From the NCBI GenBank assembly GCA_951406725.2, contig OX597817.1:173352001-173416000 (forward strand): 64,000 nt of DNA, in the 5' to 3' direction. How positions within the stretch are numbered: the first letter of the stretch is position 1; the number at the start of each line of letters is the position of its first letter. Under the pieces are notes generated by a model. It was not told the origin of the DNA. It did not search any database and was given only the letters and a program-made list of their open reading frames with translations. The position numbers were made by a program, and so were the translations under genes. Positions 51,092 to 64,000 of this stretch are shown here, piece after piece. Source of the stretch: Octopus vulgaris. Taxonomy: Eukaryota.

Positions 51092-51898
51092 TCTATATTA
51101 ACTGTTTTGATACCAACTTTTTAAAATCAGGCCAGGTCAGGTGTGGGGCACATGTCGTGTTGCTGCATTCACCATTTTTTGATATAATCCCAGTCCTCTA
51201 GGGCAACTCATTGGACAAGGGTGCTTGGTGCTGCTGATATCTGTGCAGGAGGACAAAGGTTCAGGTCTTCAGTCCTCCCTGTCCGGCTCTATGGTTGTAA
51301 AACTTAAACACTGTCCAGGACCCTCAGGAGATACCTGAACTCTCAGAACACGTGGGGTAAGTATCCCAAAATGTATAAAAATGTACAAAAACGGCAAAAA
51401 GGCGGGCAGCAATGTGAGCGACAACAACGAAAAAGTCAAAAGTGACCAAACTGAACAAACGAATGGAAAAGGTTTTTTGGTGCACACGACAAAGTGGTTT
51501 ATAATAAACCAAGAGTTTGCAAGTAGCATCCTTAGGGTACGTCAAAAATTTAAGGTAAAACGTTTGGGGTGGTAGTTATAAAGAAAGTTTAAACAAAAAA
51601 AGTATTCGAATAACTTGCGGCTGCAGCAGCTATTAGCAGCTATTAGCTATTGCGGCTGCAGCAGCTATTAGCAGAAGTGGGTAAAGTTGGAGTAAAGTCT
51701 CGAATGTAATTTCTTCCTGGTAGGAATTGGTTGGGTTGAATTATCGATAGCTGTTTGATAGTTATTTGGGAGTGAAGAGAAGACATTGCAACCTACACAT
51801 GCGCCTTCGTTCCCTAGAAGGGAAAGGACTAGATTGGGATTAGTCGTTGCCTACTAGGGGCTCTTACATACCTGGGCAATGCCAGGCTATGCTGCTAG
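51092..51898 (+). mobile_element. Non-autonomous Helitron
   Basis: A|TCTATAT start, subterminal hairpin CCTGG-gcaatg-CCAGG (51871-51886) and CTAG|T end (51895-51899). The 5' boundary is less certain. Confidence 0.65.
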
Positions 51899-54024
51899 TG
51901 TGTGTATATATGTCATTTACATAGATATTACACTTAATAGTTGCCAATAGGTATCTAAAGCATCAGTAAAACAAGTTACAGAATATAGTGAAACAAAATG
52001 CTCACTGAAAACACTACAAAAAATATCCCCAGAAAACATACACCTCACCACCCAACTATACCTGGAATTTAAACGATAACATAAACAAAACAAATATTAA
52101 AATCAATTGGTTCATAATCAAACATTTCTCTACAGAAGGATGCCCTTTGTCTCTTGGAGAAACAGAATATCTTACTACAATTTTTTATGATTAAAAAAAA
52201 AAAAAAGAATAGAATCATTGCTGATACTTCCGTTAATATTTACTGGAGAATCATCTATGCTCTACTTCAATAATGAATTTACCATACTTTGAGAGATGGT
52301 CATATAATGAAGGAAAAAAAACTGTTTCTTTTGCTTTCTTGTACTTTGTACATATGATGCTAAAGATGTAGAAATACTGCCTTTGCATGTGAATAGGTAA
52401 ATATATGCTCTGCTTTATAATTCAGAGTGGTTACAAATATTTTCTCCAGTAACATGAATACTAACATGGCACCTGTTGAAAATGAAGGGACTCATTTCTA
52501 ACTTCTTTAAGTAATCTTCACATCTTGTTCCATTTTTGTGTTCTTTCAGTTATTCTTTTTATCCACATTCATTGTTATCACTGACTCAGCCACATAAATC
52601 TCTATCTTGTTTTTTATCCATATATATTGTCCCCTGCTTCACATTTTAATTTTCTCAATCAAAATTGTCCCCTGCTTCTCATTTTTCAACAACTCCATGC
52701 ACATACACTGCAATACATACAAATTCCCTCTTGTTCTCTCTTGCTAACCTTTCTCTGTCTGATTGCAAAATAAATAACTTGTCCCACAAGCTACTGACTG
52801 CTGGTTATTTCTCCCTCTTGCTCACTTTATTCACTCACATCTTACCTATTTTAACTCTTTATAATACTCTCTCTCTTTTACTTTGTTTTCAGCTATGTCA
52901 CTGCTTTCTCCTTCCAGTGTAAGAAAGAGATGTTAGAAACAAAAACCTGACATGTGACTTTGCATTAAAAATATTCAAATTACACACACACAAGAGTATC
53001 CATTTAAAATATGACAGTTTTCAATTATATGGAATGTTTTACAATAGGGGTGAATAGACCTACAAATGATATATCAAATGATGATATATTCACCATCATC
53101 ATCATTGTTCGACTGTGGTCGAGACAATGGAATTTACTGTGTTACTCTAGATTTCACAGTCCATCATAGCATTACGGAGGTCCTGTTGCTGGATGCCTGT
53201 ATCCCTGGAGATTACATCAGGGTAGGAGAGTGTGCGCCCTCTGGTATCACGAGCAGATGGCTTCCAGAGGAGAAGAGTAGAAATTACCTCGTTTTCAGCT
53301 CTGCAACAATGTCCAGCAAACATTACATGGTTGATTTTTAAAAAAACTAAACAAATTTTAAAAAAACAGTGTCCATACACACAGGTTTGTTTTACCAAAC
53401 TAATGACAGTCTAAGTAATTTTCACCATACCACTGATACTACTCAGACTATCATTTTAGATACAATGCATGTTTCCACCCTACCACAAATACTGAGTATC
53501 AAATGAGGTTTGCACCATATGTAATATATGCCAGTGTATATTTTACAATACTTTCCTTATGTACACACACGTACAGAGTCTGTGTGTATCAGTGTGTGTG
53601 TGTATCAGTGTGTGCATGCCATATTCATATTACTCTCATATTACATTTGCTGTCCATATTAGCATAGGTTAGACAGGTTTGTCACAATGTGGAGTAGAAA
53701 AGTAGTCAAAAAGGGTGTGATGGGTGGTAAATAGATGTGGTCCAAAGAGTGGTGGGTGGCAATACTGATAGAGGGAGTAAGAATTTATAGATGGTTCAAA
53801 GCACTCTTACACTTAGGCCTAGCGAAGACAAGGGTAAAGCAATGTGATAAATACAATGGTAAGGGGGACTATCATTTATAAGCATCATAAGTGGTGAGAT
53901 AAGAATAGAGAAATATAAGTAAAAGAGGTGACTGAAGTGAATGGGGAGATGAGGATGATCAACATGTAGATATGTTGGGGTGCAAGGTAGAGTAGCATTA
54001 TATATATATATATATATATATATA

Positions 54025-54340
54025 ATAACCAGCACCCTGTCACTTACGACGATGACGGTTCCGGTTGATCCGATCAACAGAACAGCTTGCTCGTTAGATT
54101 ACTGTGCAAGTGGCAGAGCACTCCACAGACATGTGTACCCCTTCACATACTTCTCAGAGAGATTCAGTGTGTCACAGAGTGTGACAAGACCGGCCCCTTG
54201 AAATACAGGTATTACTCATTTTTGCCAGCTGAGTGAATTGGAGCAACATGAAATAAAGTGTCATGCACAAGGGCACAACGTGCCACCGGGAATCAAACTC
54301 GTGATCTGAATACCCTAACCACTAAGCCATGCACTTTCAC
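54025..54340 (-). mobile_element. tRNA-derived SINE sharing head and core with family A, different tail
   Basis: ttactcatttttgccagctgagtgaattggagcaacatgaaataaagtg...accctaaccactaagccatgc shared with 2780-2920; the 3' part differs. Confidence 0.72.
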
Positions 54341-56322
54341 GTGTGTGTGTGTGTGTGTGTATACACACACACACACATACATACATACATCACATATTTA
54401 TGCGCAGAAATACAATGGAAATTGACTCATCAGTAATAGGCGTCCACTAAATAGTGAATGTCATCCAGAAAGTGTCATATGGTGTTCTACGGTCTTATAC
54501 AGGGACAAAACAAAGTCATACAGGCTTGACAGGAAATACCTACAGACATGAAGGTAGAAAAGAGAGAGAGAAATAGAGACATGACAATGCTATCCCTCTT
54601 CATCTAGCACAAAGGACAATGGTATAAGTAAAATAATGACTGGTCAACACTGAATCCATACCTACATATAACAGGTTTAAATGCCTTATTGTCCATTCAA
54701 AAAATACTACATCCTGCCACAACAATTACAACTATTGAATTTGAAATTAGAACAACAAATTTCATGAAAGAAAATTTGTACTTTGAACATTCTCTCTACC
54801 AACTAGATAATTCTGCTCACCCTTGTAAAATCTCAAAGCATTTGTTTCCACTTACAAAACTATTTTTCAAATTCAATTTCTTCATCTATTTTCTGTCCTA
54901 CAGTCTTCCTGCCATTTAATCAGCAACACCTTTTTGTTTGGCCAGCCACCATTCAATAACACCTACCTCCCGACATAATACATTCCTATTACATACACCT
55001 TTGTAGATTTCAGTTGGTTCTCTTTAAACCAGTTCCTATCCCATGGATAGCAACTGGCCTAACTACGTTATAAATAATCAATCCCTATTTTGTCTGCTCA
55101 CAAAACAGAGTGCATAGATGATGCATAATTTGAATTCCACTGACTTTTTACTAGCACAATTCCTGTTTTTCTATATCTTTACAGACATTTTTCATACCCT
55201 TTACATTCATAATCAGCCTATTTTGTACAGATCCTTTTACCTTTACAGTTTACAATTTCAAATTTTCCAAAACTGATGTTTGTATGTGGACTTACATGTT
55301 TATGCACATGTGTGTACTTTTATATTTGTATTTGTGTATATGTACTTCACTTGTGTAAGTTTGTGCAGTTTATTACTTGCATCTAAAGCAATTCCTTTAA
55401 ATGTGAGGATGCACTTCCATATCTTATCCATACACAGGAGTGTGAATGCCTCTCAAGACATCAACCACACATGGAATTGTACTCAGGTGTTCTTGTATGT
55501 ACATGTGGTTGCATGTGTGTGTATATGTATATAGGCATACACAAGTTGGTATGAGTATATTGGCATACAGGTAAATATGTGCATCTACTATGCTTGCATT
55601 TTAAGCTTGTGTGTATGCATAAACATATCTGGATTTGTATACATAGACTTTTGCACATTCCCATGTTCCAACTTTTGTCAACATATCTGTAAACATTTAT
55701 GAATGACAATATATGTGAATTTGCTTTACTCTGCATGTCATGCTAGGTTTGTGAATGTGTGTAGGTATATCTATATGTATCTGTTTGTATGCAGACATGC
55801 AGTGCAGTTTTGTTTCATTCATGTAGTTCAATGTATGTCATGTACATATGTATATGCAGTTATGTGCATGCAGTGTTTTATGTGTGTATATATTTCATCA
55901 TCATCATTTAACATCTGCTTTCTATGCTGGAATGGGTTGAATGATTTGACAGGAGCTGGCCAGACTCCAATTGTGTGTTTTGGCATGGTTTCTACAGGTA
56001 GGTGGGTGTGTGTGTGTGTCTTTAGTCCTTAAAGAAACTTTTGTGTGTATGTGTATTCTTAATCCTTAAAGGAACTTTCATGTGTGCATGTATCTTTACA
56101 GATGTGTTTGAGTATGTAAGAGTGTTTGTATGTGCATGCAAGAGAGTATGTGCAAGAGTATGTGCATATGTTTATACAAGTTTGTATTTGTATATAGCTG
56201 TGTGTATGTAAATATATCTCCATACACACACACACACACACCCCCCAATCCACTGTCTATATTCTCCTTTATACTCACCTCATACTTTGAGAGTACACTG
56301 ACACTGTCCCCACAATCCTTAA

Positions 56323-56542
56323 CCCTTTAGCATTTAAACTTGCCATATCCAGTCAAAATATTCTACCTGCTTTATGTTGACACTGGTCAGGTCAGGACTC
56401 TCACATCCACCATACAATGTCTTTCTAAAAATCATGTATCACATTATTGAAACCTCAAAGCTATAAGATAATACATGTTTAATTCAAAGCAATGTGGATA
56501 AATAATCATTATATTTGACAGTGTAATCTGAATATTAAAGGG
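56323..56542. mobile_element. Same piggyBac-type MITE
   Basis: ttaa|CCCTTTAGCATTTAAACT...gtaatctgaatattAAAGGG|ctaa. Confidence 0.8.
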
Positions 56543-56892
56543 CTAAATACCTTCCAATTACTCTCACCCACCCTCATATAACACGGGTTAGCCATGCATC
56601 TCCCCTCTAGCAAGATGCTTGTGCTTGTCCCTGTATCATACTTTAGCCTTCACCATCTCCCTATCAGTGGAGAGGCTTTTCCTTTCCCTTTCTTGTCTTG
56701 CAAATTACTTGGTGAGCTCACTAGTGCCAGCGTCAAGGAAAAAAGCACCCAGTACAAACTGTAAAGTGGCTGGCATTAATAAGGGCATCCAGCTGTAGAG
56801 ACCCTACCAAAGCCAATATTGGAACTCAATGCAGTCCAACCATCCAACCCATGCTAGCATGAAAAATGAACATTAAACGACAATGATGACAG

Positions 56893-57255
56893 CAAGGCTG
56901 TGTGGTTGGGAAGCTCATTTCACAGTGGCATGGTTTGGAGTTCAGTCTCATTGTGTAGGACCTTGGGAAAGTGTCTTCTACTGAAGCTGATCAGTGCCTT
57001 GTTTCATTTGGTGGATAGCAGCAATAAGTGTGTCATGTGTTCTATGTACATGCTTACATTCTACACTTTGCATGGAAAAGTGTTGAGCTACAAACCATGA
57101 AGCTTATTGTCATTCCTTGTGAACAAACTGACCACCAACACTGTACCTTCAAAGAAGTGTGCAAACAGGTAAACATTGGTAACAAGAAGAGCATCTAGCC
57201 ATAAATCAATGCTTGAAGAGTACGTATTCATCTAAGCCATGTTAATATGTAAAAC
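56893..57255 (+). mobile_element. SINE family B (degenerate)
   Basis: ggctgtgtggttgggaagctc...gagttcagtctcattgtgtaggaccttgggaaagtgtcttctact. Confidence 0.6.
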
Positions 57256-57636
57256 TGGACTTAAAATTAATTATATTTCTGGAGACAAGGTTCAAGTAAT
57301 TTTTTTTTGTCTCTTCATCCAAAAGAGTTACATTTACTTTCAGTTATCATGTGGTAGATCAGAGATTTTATTTTTCTTGAAATAATTGGATTTTGTGCTA
57401 TCTATATAAGCAAGCATTATGTAATTTTAATTTCACTTTTATAACATTTGCATAAAAATTTTGGCTCCCAAGTCATATATAGCATCTTAACTATAAGATA
57501 AGCACTCTTACATTCTGAGATCTATTTCTTTGCAATAAGAATCAAATTTCATGCTCCTAAATTATGAGTACCATCCAACCATAAAAAAAAAACCCCAACA
57601 TCATCCAATATTCAGGGAAGAATATGTGAACCCCAC

Positions 57637-57639
<3 letters not shown>

Positions 57640-57683
<44 letters not shown>
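57640..57683. repeat. (TA)n microsatellite
   Basis: Directly visible. Confidence 0.95.
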
Positions 57684-57687
<4 letters not shown>

Positions 57688-59559
57688 AATGTTTCAAGAG
57701 TATAGAATACCTTATTATAAGCTCGGAATGTGTGCTTCTTTTGGAAGGAATGACATGAAAACTTAGAGCACTAAGTTCATGTATGCAAAGATAATCACTG
57801 CGCGTAAGAAGGAAACATTTGCCCTAAGATGAATGACAAGTAAAGAGAACCCTTCAAGTCATGATAAAAACTAGGCCTGGCTATTACTGAGAATTGCTAC
57901 AATCTCACATTAGTGAGATTTCAAATGTCAACAGCTACTAACAGTTAATAGAGTTTATGTGAAATTCAAGATAAAAAGAACTGCTCCCACACCTAAGACA
58001 GCACTGAAAAATAGACATCCTAGAACACAAAAAGAAAAAAAGACAGACCACCCCCAATTGACTGGCATTAAGTCATTCACCAATAGATTCCAACTTGTAC
58101 CCAATGACATGCTGTCTTCTCACTACTTTTACATTCATATCTGAAGTGTCCTCTGCTCCTCAAGGCTGATTTATGCTGTGCCACTTCCACTCAGGCCTTC
58201 CAAATCCATTTGTCTGTTTTTGTCACTTATATGATGACATCTCCAAATCCCAAACACAGTACTGTCCACTTTTACCAAGATCTTCCTTCCACAAAGAGAA
58301 ACTATCTAGAATACCCTACCTGCATTTGACAAGCATTTACCATATCCATCAACTCTCAAGACCCTTCAAAGGCCATGGGCACAACCCCCTCATCCAACTC
58401 AATCCCTTACAAATGAATATAAAGAATTCCATAAAATGTTATTTCCCAAAAGCTATGGTTCGGAATTCTTAAATTCTATACAAGAAGAGAATTTCCAAAA
58501 TTGATCAAATTGCATCAGTAGAGCATTTTACTTGTTCCTGACTTACACTTCAAAATAGAAAGACAAAGAGAGAAATTTGGAAATTTGAGTAACTTGTTAA
58601 AACAAAGATGTGGGTTTTATATTTTTTTCATGTTCTGAAGTCCAAATATCTAGGATACAGCTGAGTTTTTTTTTATTATTATTATTTACTTTGTTGTTTT
58701 TATTTTACTGCAGTTAGGTTATGTGCCAAAAAGAATAAAAAGAGAAAGAGAAAACTGCTGCTGCTGCTGCAGCAAGCTGTCATGTGGACCTACTGCTGCT
58801 GCTGATTATCCAGTTAATCTTATCCTGCTGCTGCTTTTGCACCAAGTTTGCAGGAGTGATGAAGGATGGACATATTGAAGAAAGATAAGAGAAAACCACT
58901 CATCTTTAACTTGGAAATGTCAATGAGGAGATAGACAAAAGTTAAAACATGCCTTTTCCTGTATTCATTAGCCTCAGAAGAGGTTAATACTTCTTTTCCC
59001 TTTCATTATTTAAACATCTCGATAGGAAGAGAAACATATTTTGAGTGAGATTAATCTGATGTCCACTTTCAACTGTTACAGGTCAGGAAAAATATGATAC
59101 TAACTACTTGGACATCATGCATACACACACCTCTCTAGCTTATGAAGGAAATTACTCCATTTGGCAATTTTTCACTTACCTAGGTTCTACAATTACTAGC
59201 AATTTCTACTCTTCTATACTATCTCTACACACGCTTATGCAATGAACCTACTACACTTTTTCCAATATACCCACCTCTCCAAACCTTGTAGAAAATCCCT
59301 TTTCTCAACACTCTGAAAAGGATGTGATTACTGCTTTTACTTCCAACTACTTCTTATCAGAAACAGTAGTTCCTGAGAGGTACAATTTGCAGGAAGAAGC
59401 AACAAGTGATTAGCACAAGAGAAGAAAACAGCGATACTCAATCATATAATCAAGTTCAGATGAACAAATACCTTTGCAGTAGCAAGGGAAGAGACAGAAA
59501 GGATACAAATTGATGACGATTCAGAGGTTGCTTAGTTTATTAAATAGACAGCTCTTTCT

Positions 59560-59900
59560 CTTTTCTTATACCAAAAATAGGGTAAAGTCATGAATGACCA
59601 TGGGATTGCATCTAGAAAGTTATCCTGTGAGACACAAGTTGGCATGGGTTGCTTATGGAAGACCAGCAGAGTTGCTCATGCATACCAGCCTCTCCTCTCC
59701 ACACCACTGATGTTATCCAAGGGAAAACCAAAGGCTGACACAACTTGGCACCAGTGATGTTGCATTTCTACAGCTGAGTGAACTGGAGCAATGTGAAATA
59801 AAATGTCTTGCTCAAGAACACAACACACAGCTTGGTCTGGAAATTAACTCACCTCATGATTGTGAGCCAGACACTTACCACTGAGCCATATGCCTTCACT
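59560..59900 (-). mobile_element. tRNA-derived SINE with same core, third tail type
   Basis: cagctgagtgaactggagcaatgtgaaataaaatgtcttgctcaagaacacaac core plus a degenerate tRNA head at the right end. Confidence 0.65.
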
Positions 59901-62900
59901 TTTCTTATACTAGTAGCTTCAATAATAAATAAACTCGATCTGTTTGGACATGGGTTGGTTATATCTTTCACTGTTCTTGTACCAGCCCAAAACTGATTTA
60001 GAGATAATCCAATTACAGATACATTTATGCAGTATCTTTTTAAGCAGACCCTAGGAAAGGTGCCATCCATCAAAAAAGCACCTTCACCAACTGCTCTTAT
60101 CCATGCAGAGCTGATGACCAAACCAACATAAGCTTCCATTTCCTTAATGTCACACATACAAAAGCAGTCTCTTCAGTTGATAAAGCAATTATGATAATAA
60201 ACTTTTGGTCTGACTGCTGCCTTGATTTAATGGATTTGAGAATTAATAGTCATTTTTTTCTCATTTTAAGGAAAAAAGAAGTTCTGCAGAACAATACGAG
60301 TGGGAAAAGAAAATAAAGCATAATATTAAAGAAAGAAAAAGCAATAGAACCAGAGGAATGAGAAATACTAGTGAAGTGGTTGGTAAATATCTTCTGAAGA
60401 TTTCGTCTCCATGCAAAGGCATTGTTGCTGTTTAATAATGCTCCTACTCACCCTGATGCTGATTGGTAGACATCTCCTAACAAATCTTCAATTATTCAGT
60501 CAATAAACAAAGGACTAATTGTTGCATGCTAGGCTGTGCATGAAGACTGGGGGGGGGGGGGGAAATAATGGCTGTGTTGGAGAATGAAGAAACAAGAGAG
60601 ATCAGGACAAGGAATCTCATAGATGCTGCTGGCCACTACAGAGGAAGGTCACCTGAATGAGATTATCTTTACTATGAAAATTTGCAGCAATTCAGAACAA
60701 TCGCAATTAAGAAACAAATTAAGCTAGATACCTTCCTTAAGCTAACTCTCCTGACCCTAAAACCCATTCCATTGCCAACAGCCAATACATGACAACTGTC
60801 AATCAACAAAACAGTGGAAACTAATGACTTCATTTGTGCAGATTTCACAAGAGTCTGGAAGTGGTGGATATCATTCACCTCCAGCTTTTGACACTGAATG
60901 AAAAATGTACTATGATCATAGCAAAGCACTCAGCTACACTGTCTAAAAAGCAAATAAATTTCTATATCATATTCTTTGTATTATATTAATATTCTTTTTT
61001 TATGATTCATGTATTTTATATTGAAGCCTTTCCTTTTTACATTCAAAATAATAATACAGCCCTCAGGTTGTTTTCAATATAATAGACTTTCACCACGAAG
61101 AGATATACAAACCACTCCCCACCATTTGTTCATTTATCTTTGATTTGATGGACCAACATCGTCTCCTATTCCATCTTTTAAATTGAGGGTTTACTATATC
61201 TGACAGGTTGCCATTCAAAAGATATAGAGAAATGGAAGATACTTAAAAACTATATGAAGCAGCCAGCCTGCTCTAGGAAGTATACAAGGGATAAGCTCCT
61301 TCAGAAAAAAATGTCACAGATACATACCAGCTGTAAAAGGTAGACCTGATATAAATAAGATTCCTTCCTGAGAAGCAAACTAATCCAGTCTGTATGAAAA
61401 CTAACCAGGTGATAATCATAAAATTTTTACTTCAAACAAATGAAGTGACCTAAAAAGATCCAGCAATGGAGATATGACAATACAGTCTCATTCAACAGTT
61501 ACCAAGACACAGCCATTATATATCACATAAAACTACATTATTTCTATTCATCAACAATAAAACCCTTCAAACAAATAATAGGATTCATAATGCCTGATGA
61601 CCTTTCCTAAGCTTTTCCTTGAATGTCTGACACTACTTCAGTTCTGAACTTCTCCTGACCTTCTTTCAACAAAGCAGTGTGCCTCACATTAGAATGTTTC
61701 TCTAATGTATGGGTCAGTTCTACAATACATACAAGTTTTTGATTATATAAAAAGGACTGGGAAACTAGTTCTTGCCAAAATACATCGAGAGCAACTCTTT
61801 ATTTTACATGTCTTTAGTGTACTTCAACAGTCCTTTGAGTAAGACAAACAAATGATGCACAGGATTTTTCTTTTATACTTTCATACCCAAAATCAACAGT
61901 AAAAACTTTGCCCAATTCTTTTCTCCATGGGAACTGCAACCATCTTCAGCCAGTGATTTATTCACAAAAGGTCAAGATGAACCAAAGATACAGTCAATGT
62001 CTGAGATCTACAAAAAGCTACGGGCACTAACTCTTTTCTACCAACTGAATAATATATTTTTGAACACCTTTATAGTTTTAAGTGAAATGCCAATAGACAA
62101 AAGCCAAGGGCTAGCAAGCTAAGTCATAGCAAAAGATGTCTTTTCTTGTAGACTGCTTTGTATTGCTTAGCCCAGAAATAAATTTAGGGAAAAGAAAAAG
62201 AGCAACATTACAATTCTTTCAGACATAGCAAAGAAAGAGATTATATTGACAAATATATAATAGTTTACCACCTTTTGTTTCATCCTTACTTTGTCTCTTA
62301 CAGTCACAAAGTGCTAAATTAAAATATGCAAAAGATTTAGACCAAGACAGATAACTCTGCAAGATTTCTGATTGATCAAACAGGTAGATCACTAAAAAGT
62401 AAGGACATTGGATAAGACTTTATGATTTTATCATAGCATGGGGCTTTAACAATGGTAACCTCACTCCTTTTCGATCTCTTCACTGAATACAATAACACTT
62501 CAAGAAATACCATGATGCTGTTACATTTGGCACCAAGGTGTACAGGTTATTTAGAGTCACTCCTGCATCTCCCACCACAATTACACTCGCTAGAAATTTT
62601 TTTTAATTATAATATACACAAGACAGCATTTGCATAGGAATTAAAATCCCAATGTAATTAAACTATGCTATTATTAACCAGAATCTGATTTAATTTCCTC
62701 ATTAAAACACATCTACATGTGTGCATGCACAGAGAGAGGGAGAGCGAGAGAGGGTGAGAGAGAGAAAAAGTCTTAATAGCCCTGAAACTGTAAACGTATC
62801 CTTGACAATCATTTAAAAGGAAAATATTACGTTAATATAATTAATTTTGGTTAATATCACACTGGCTATTTCATATATTTATATATAGCTAAACTTTTGC

Positions 62901-63935
62901 AATTGCTAATTTAGTTTTCCAAAACACTTGTTTTAAATTCAAATTTATATTTAGAGATGCTGACTTCTGACACTGAAGATGACATGTTTAAAGTTTTTAC
63001 TTTATTTGAATTTTCTGGTAACTTGACAGTATTAAAAGCCGGGTTTCTAAAAAAACAAAAAAACAATGTAGTCCACACTGAATACTAACCATTTCAAACA
63101 TTTGAACACCTTCACATCTTCCAGTTTCATAATTATAGAAAGTATTAGATTTTAAATAAGACTTTACTTATTTTAAATAAATTTGCATAAATCTTTGCCT
63201 AAGGTATCATATAAGCTCTAAATTATCTGCATCTCTTCTCACATACTTCAATAGACATGTATCCATTAGTCAACTTCACTGAATGTAACTACATTTTTCT
63301 ATTAGCCATCAAATCGGACAGGGTGACTTTTACGAAAAAAGGGAGTGGGGTGACCATCAGATTTATGAAGTTATGGCATCAAAGAGAATGCTATCAAAAA
63401 AATGTACACACACAAAGTAGAAAGGTAACTTTGAGATAAGTCCTCACTAAAAGAAAGCATCAAATACCTTAACCACTCTGGTATAATACTAAATGAAAAG
63501 CATTTTCCAAGTTGTATCTTTGTCCCTGCTTGCAATAAACACTTTCCATCTATCAATAAGTAATGAAATTGCTATACCAACAAAATACAGATATTGATAG
63601 AGATAATTGAAAAAAAAAAATTCATATTTAAGAAAAATACACATACAACAAAGTATATCACCTTCCTGGGGTGGAGATGAAACCACTTCTAAACAGAACA
63701 GCACATCATGTATATTACATACATACAAATGATTGAGAAAAAAAAATATCAAAGCCTTTGTTAGATAAATAATGAACTAAGAGACTTCAAAATAAATTGG
63801 AAAAGAAAAGAGGTCTATAACATTAGTAATAATGGACATTCCATATTGGACATTGAAGCCAATGTTGAAGAACCCACCACAAGTTGGCAGTCAAATGAAT
63901 GGTCCATGAAGGTTATAGAGATATAGCCTTCCTAA

Positions 63936-64000
63936 CCCTTTAGCATTTAAACTGGCCATATCCAACCCAAATATTCTACCTGGTTTATGTTCAAACTGAC
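63936..64000. mobile_element. Same piggyBac-type MITE, cut by the window edge
   Basis: ccctttagcatttaaactggccatatcc...ttatgttcaaactg. Confidence 0.75.

Noticed and set aside
53280-53330. Donor-like GAG|gtaatt with a short minus-strand ORF
   Set aside because: No VAP similarity and the phase does not fit exon 2.
55240-55290. Possible VAP exon 1 ending AAAG|gtaaaa in phase 1
   Set aside because: Translation (HTNISFGKFEIVNCK) lacks the EQxLxLxPxxELxF pattern. No convincing exon 1 was found in 39600-64000.
58755-58835. Short (CTG)n clusters suggesting a polyQ exon
   Set aside because: Stops in the flanking frames and no coherent splice boundaries.

Overview
AT-rich, microsatellite-dense animal genomic DNA; the SINE, RTE and MITE complement resembles octopus/coleoid cephalopod sequence (inference, no search run). 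The one clear host gene is a VAMP-associated protein (VAP, VAPA/VAPB family) on the minus strand. Six canonical GT-AG coding exons are visible: MSP domain at 39439-39591, 39187-39293 and 34673-34744; linker at 29492-29572; coiled coil at 17928-18026; transmembrane anchor and stop at 16083-16268. A ~2.9 kb 3'UTR follows. Exon 1 was not found and probably lies beyond position 64000. The rest is mostly transposon-derived: a fairly young 5'-truncated RTE LINE with a PHD finger inside its reverse transcriptase, many RTE-tail copies, tRNA-derived SINEs, TTAA piggyBac-type MITEs, a decayed Helitron helicase, a non-autonomous Helitron and old LINE/hAT relics. The most intriguing signal is a set of candidate microexons (25, 10, 4, 33/38, 20, 17 and 7 nt) in the two introns flanking the VAP linker exon. 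Most of them shift the frame alone but restore it in specific combinations. One sits inside a possible competing-hairpin arrangement of MITE copies. These are splice-site predictions only and need RNA-seq support.
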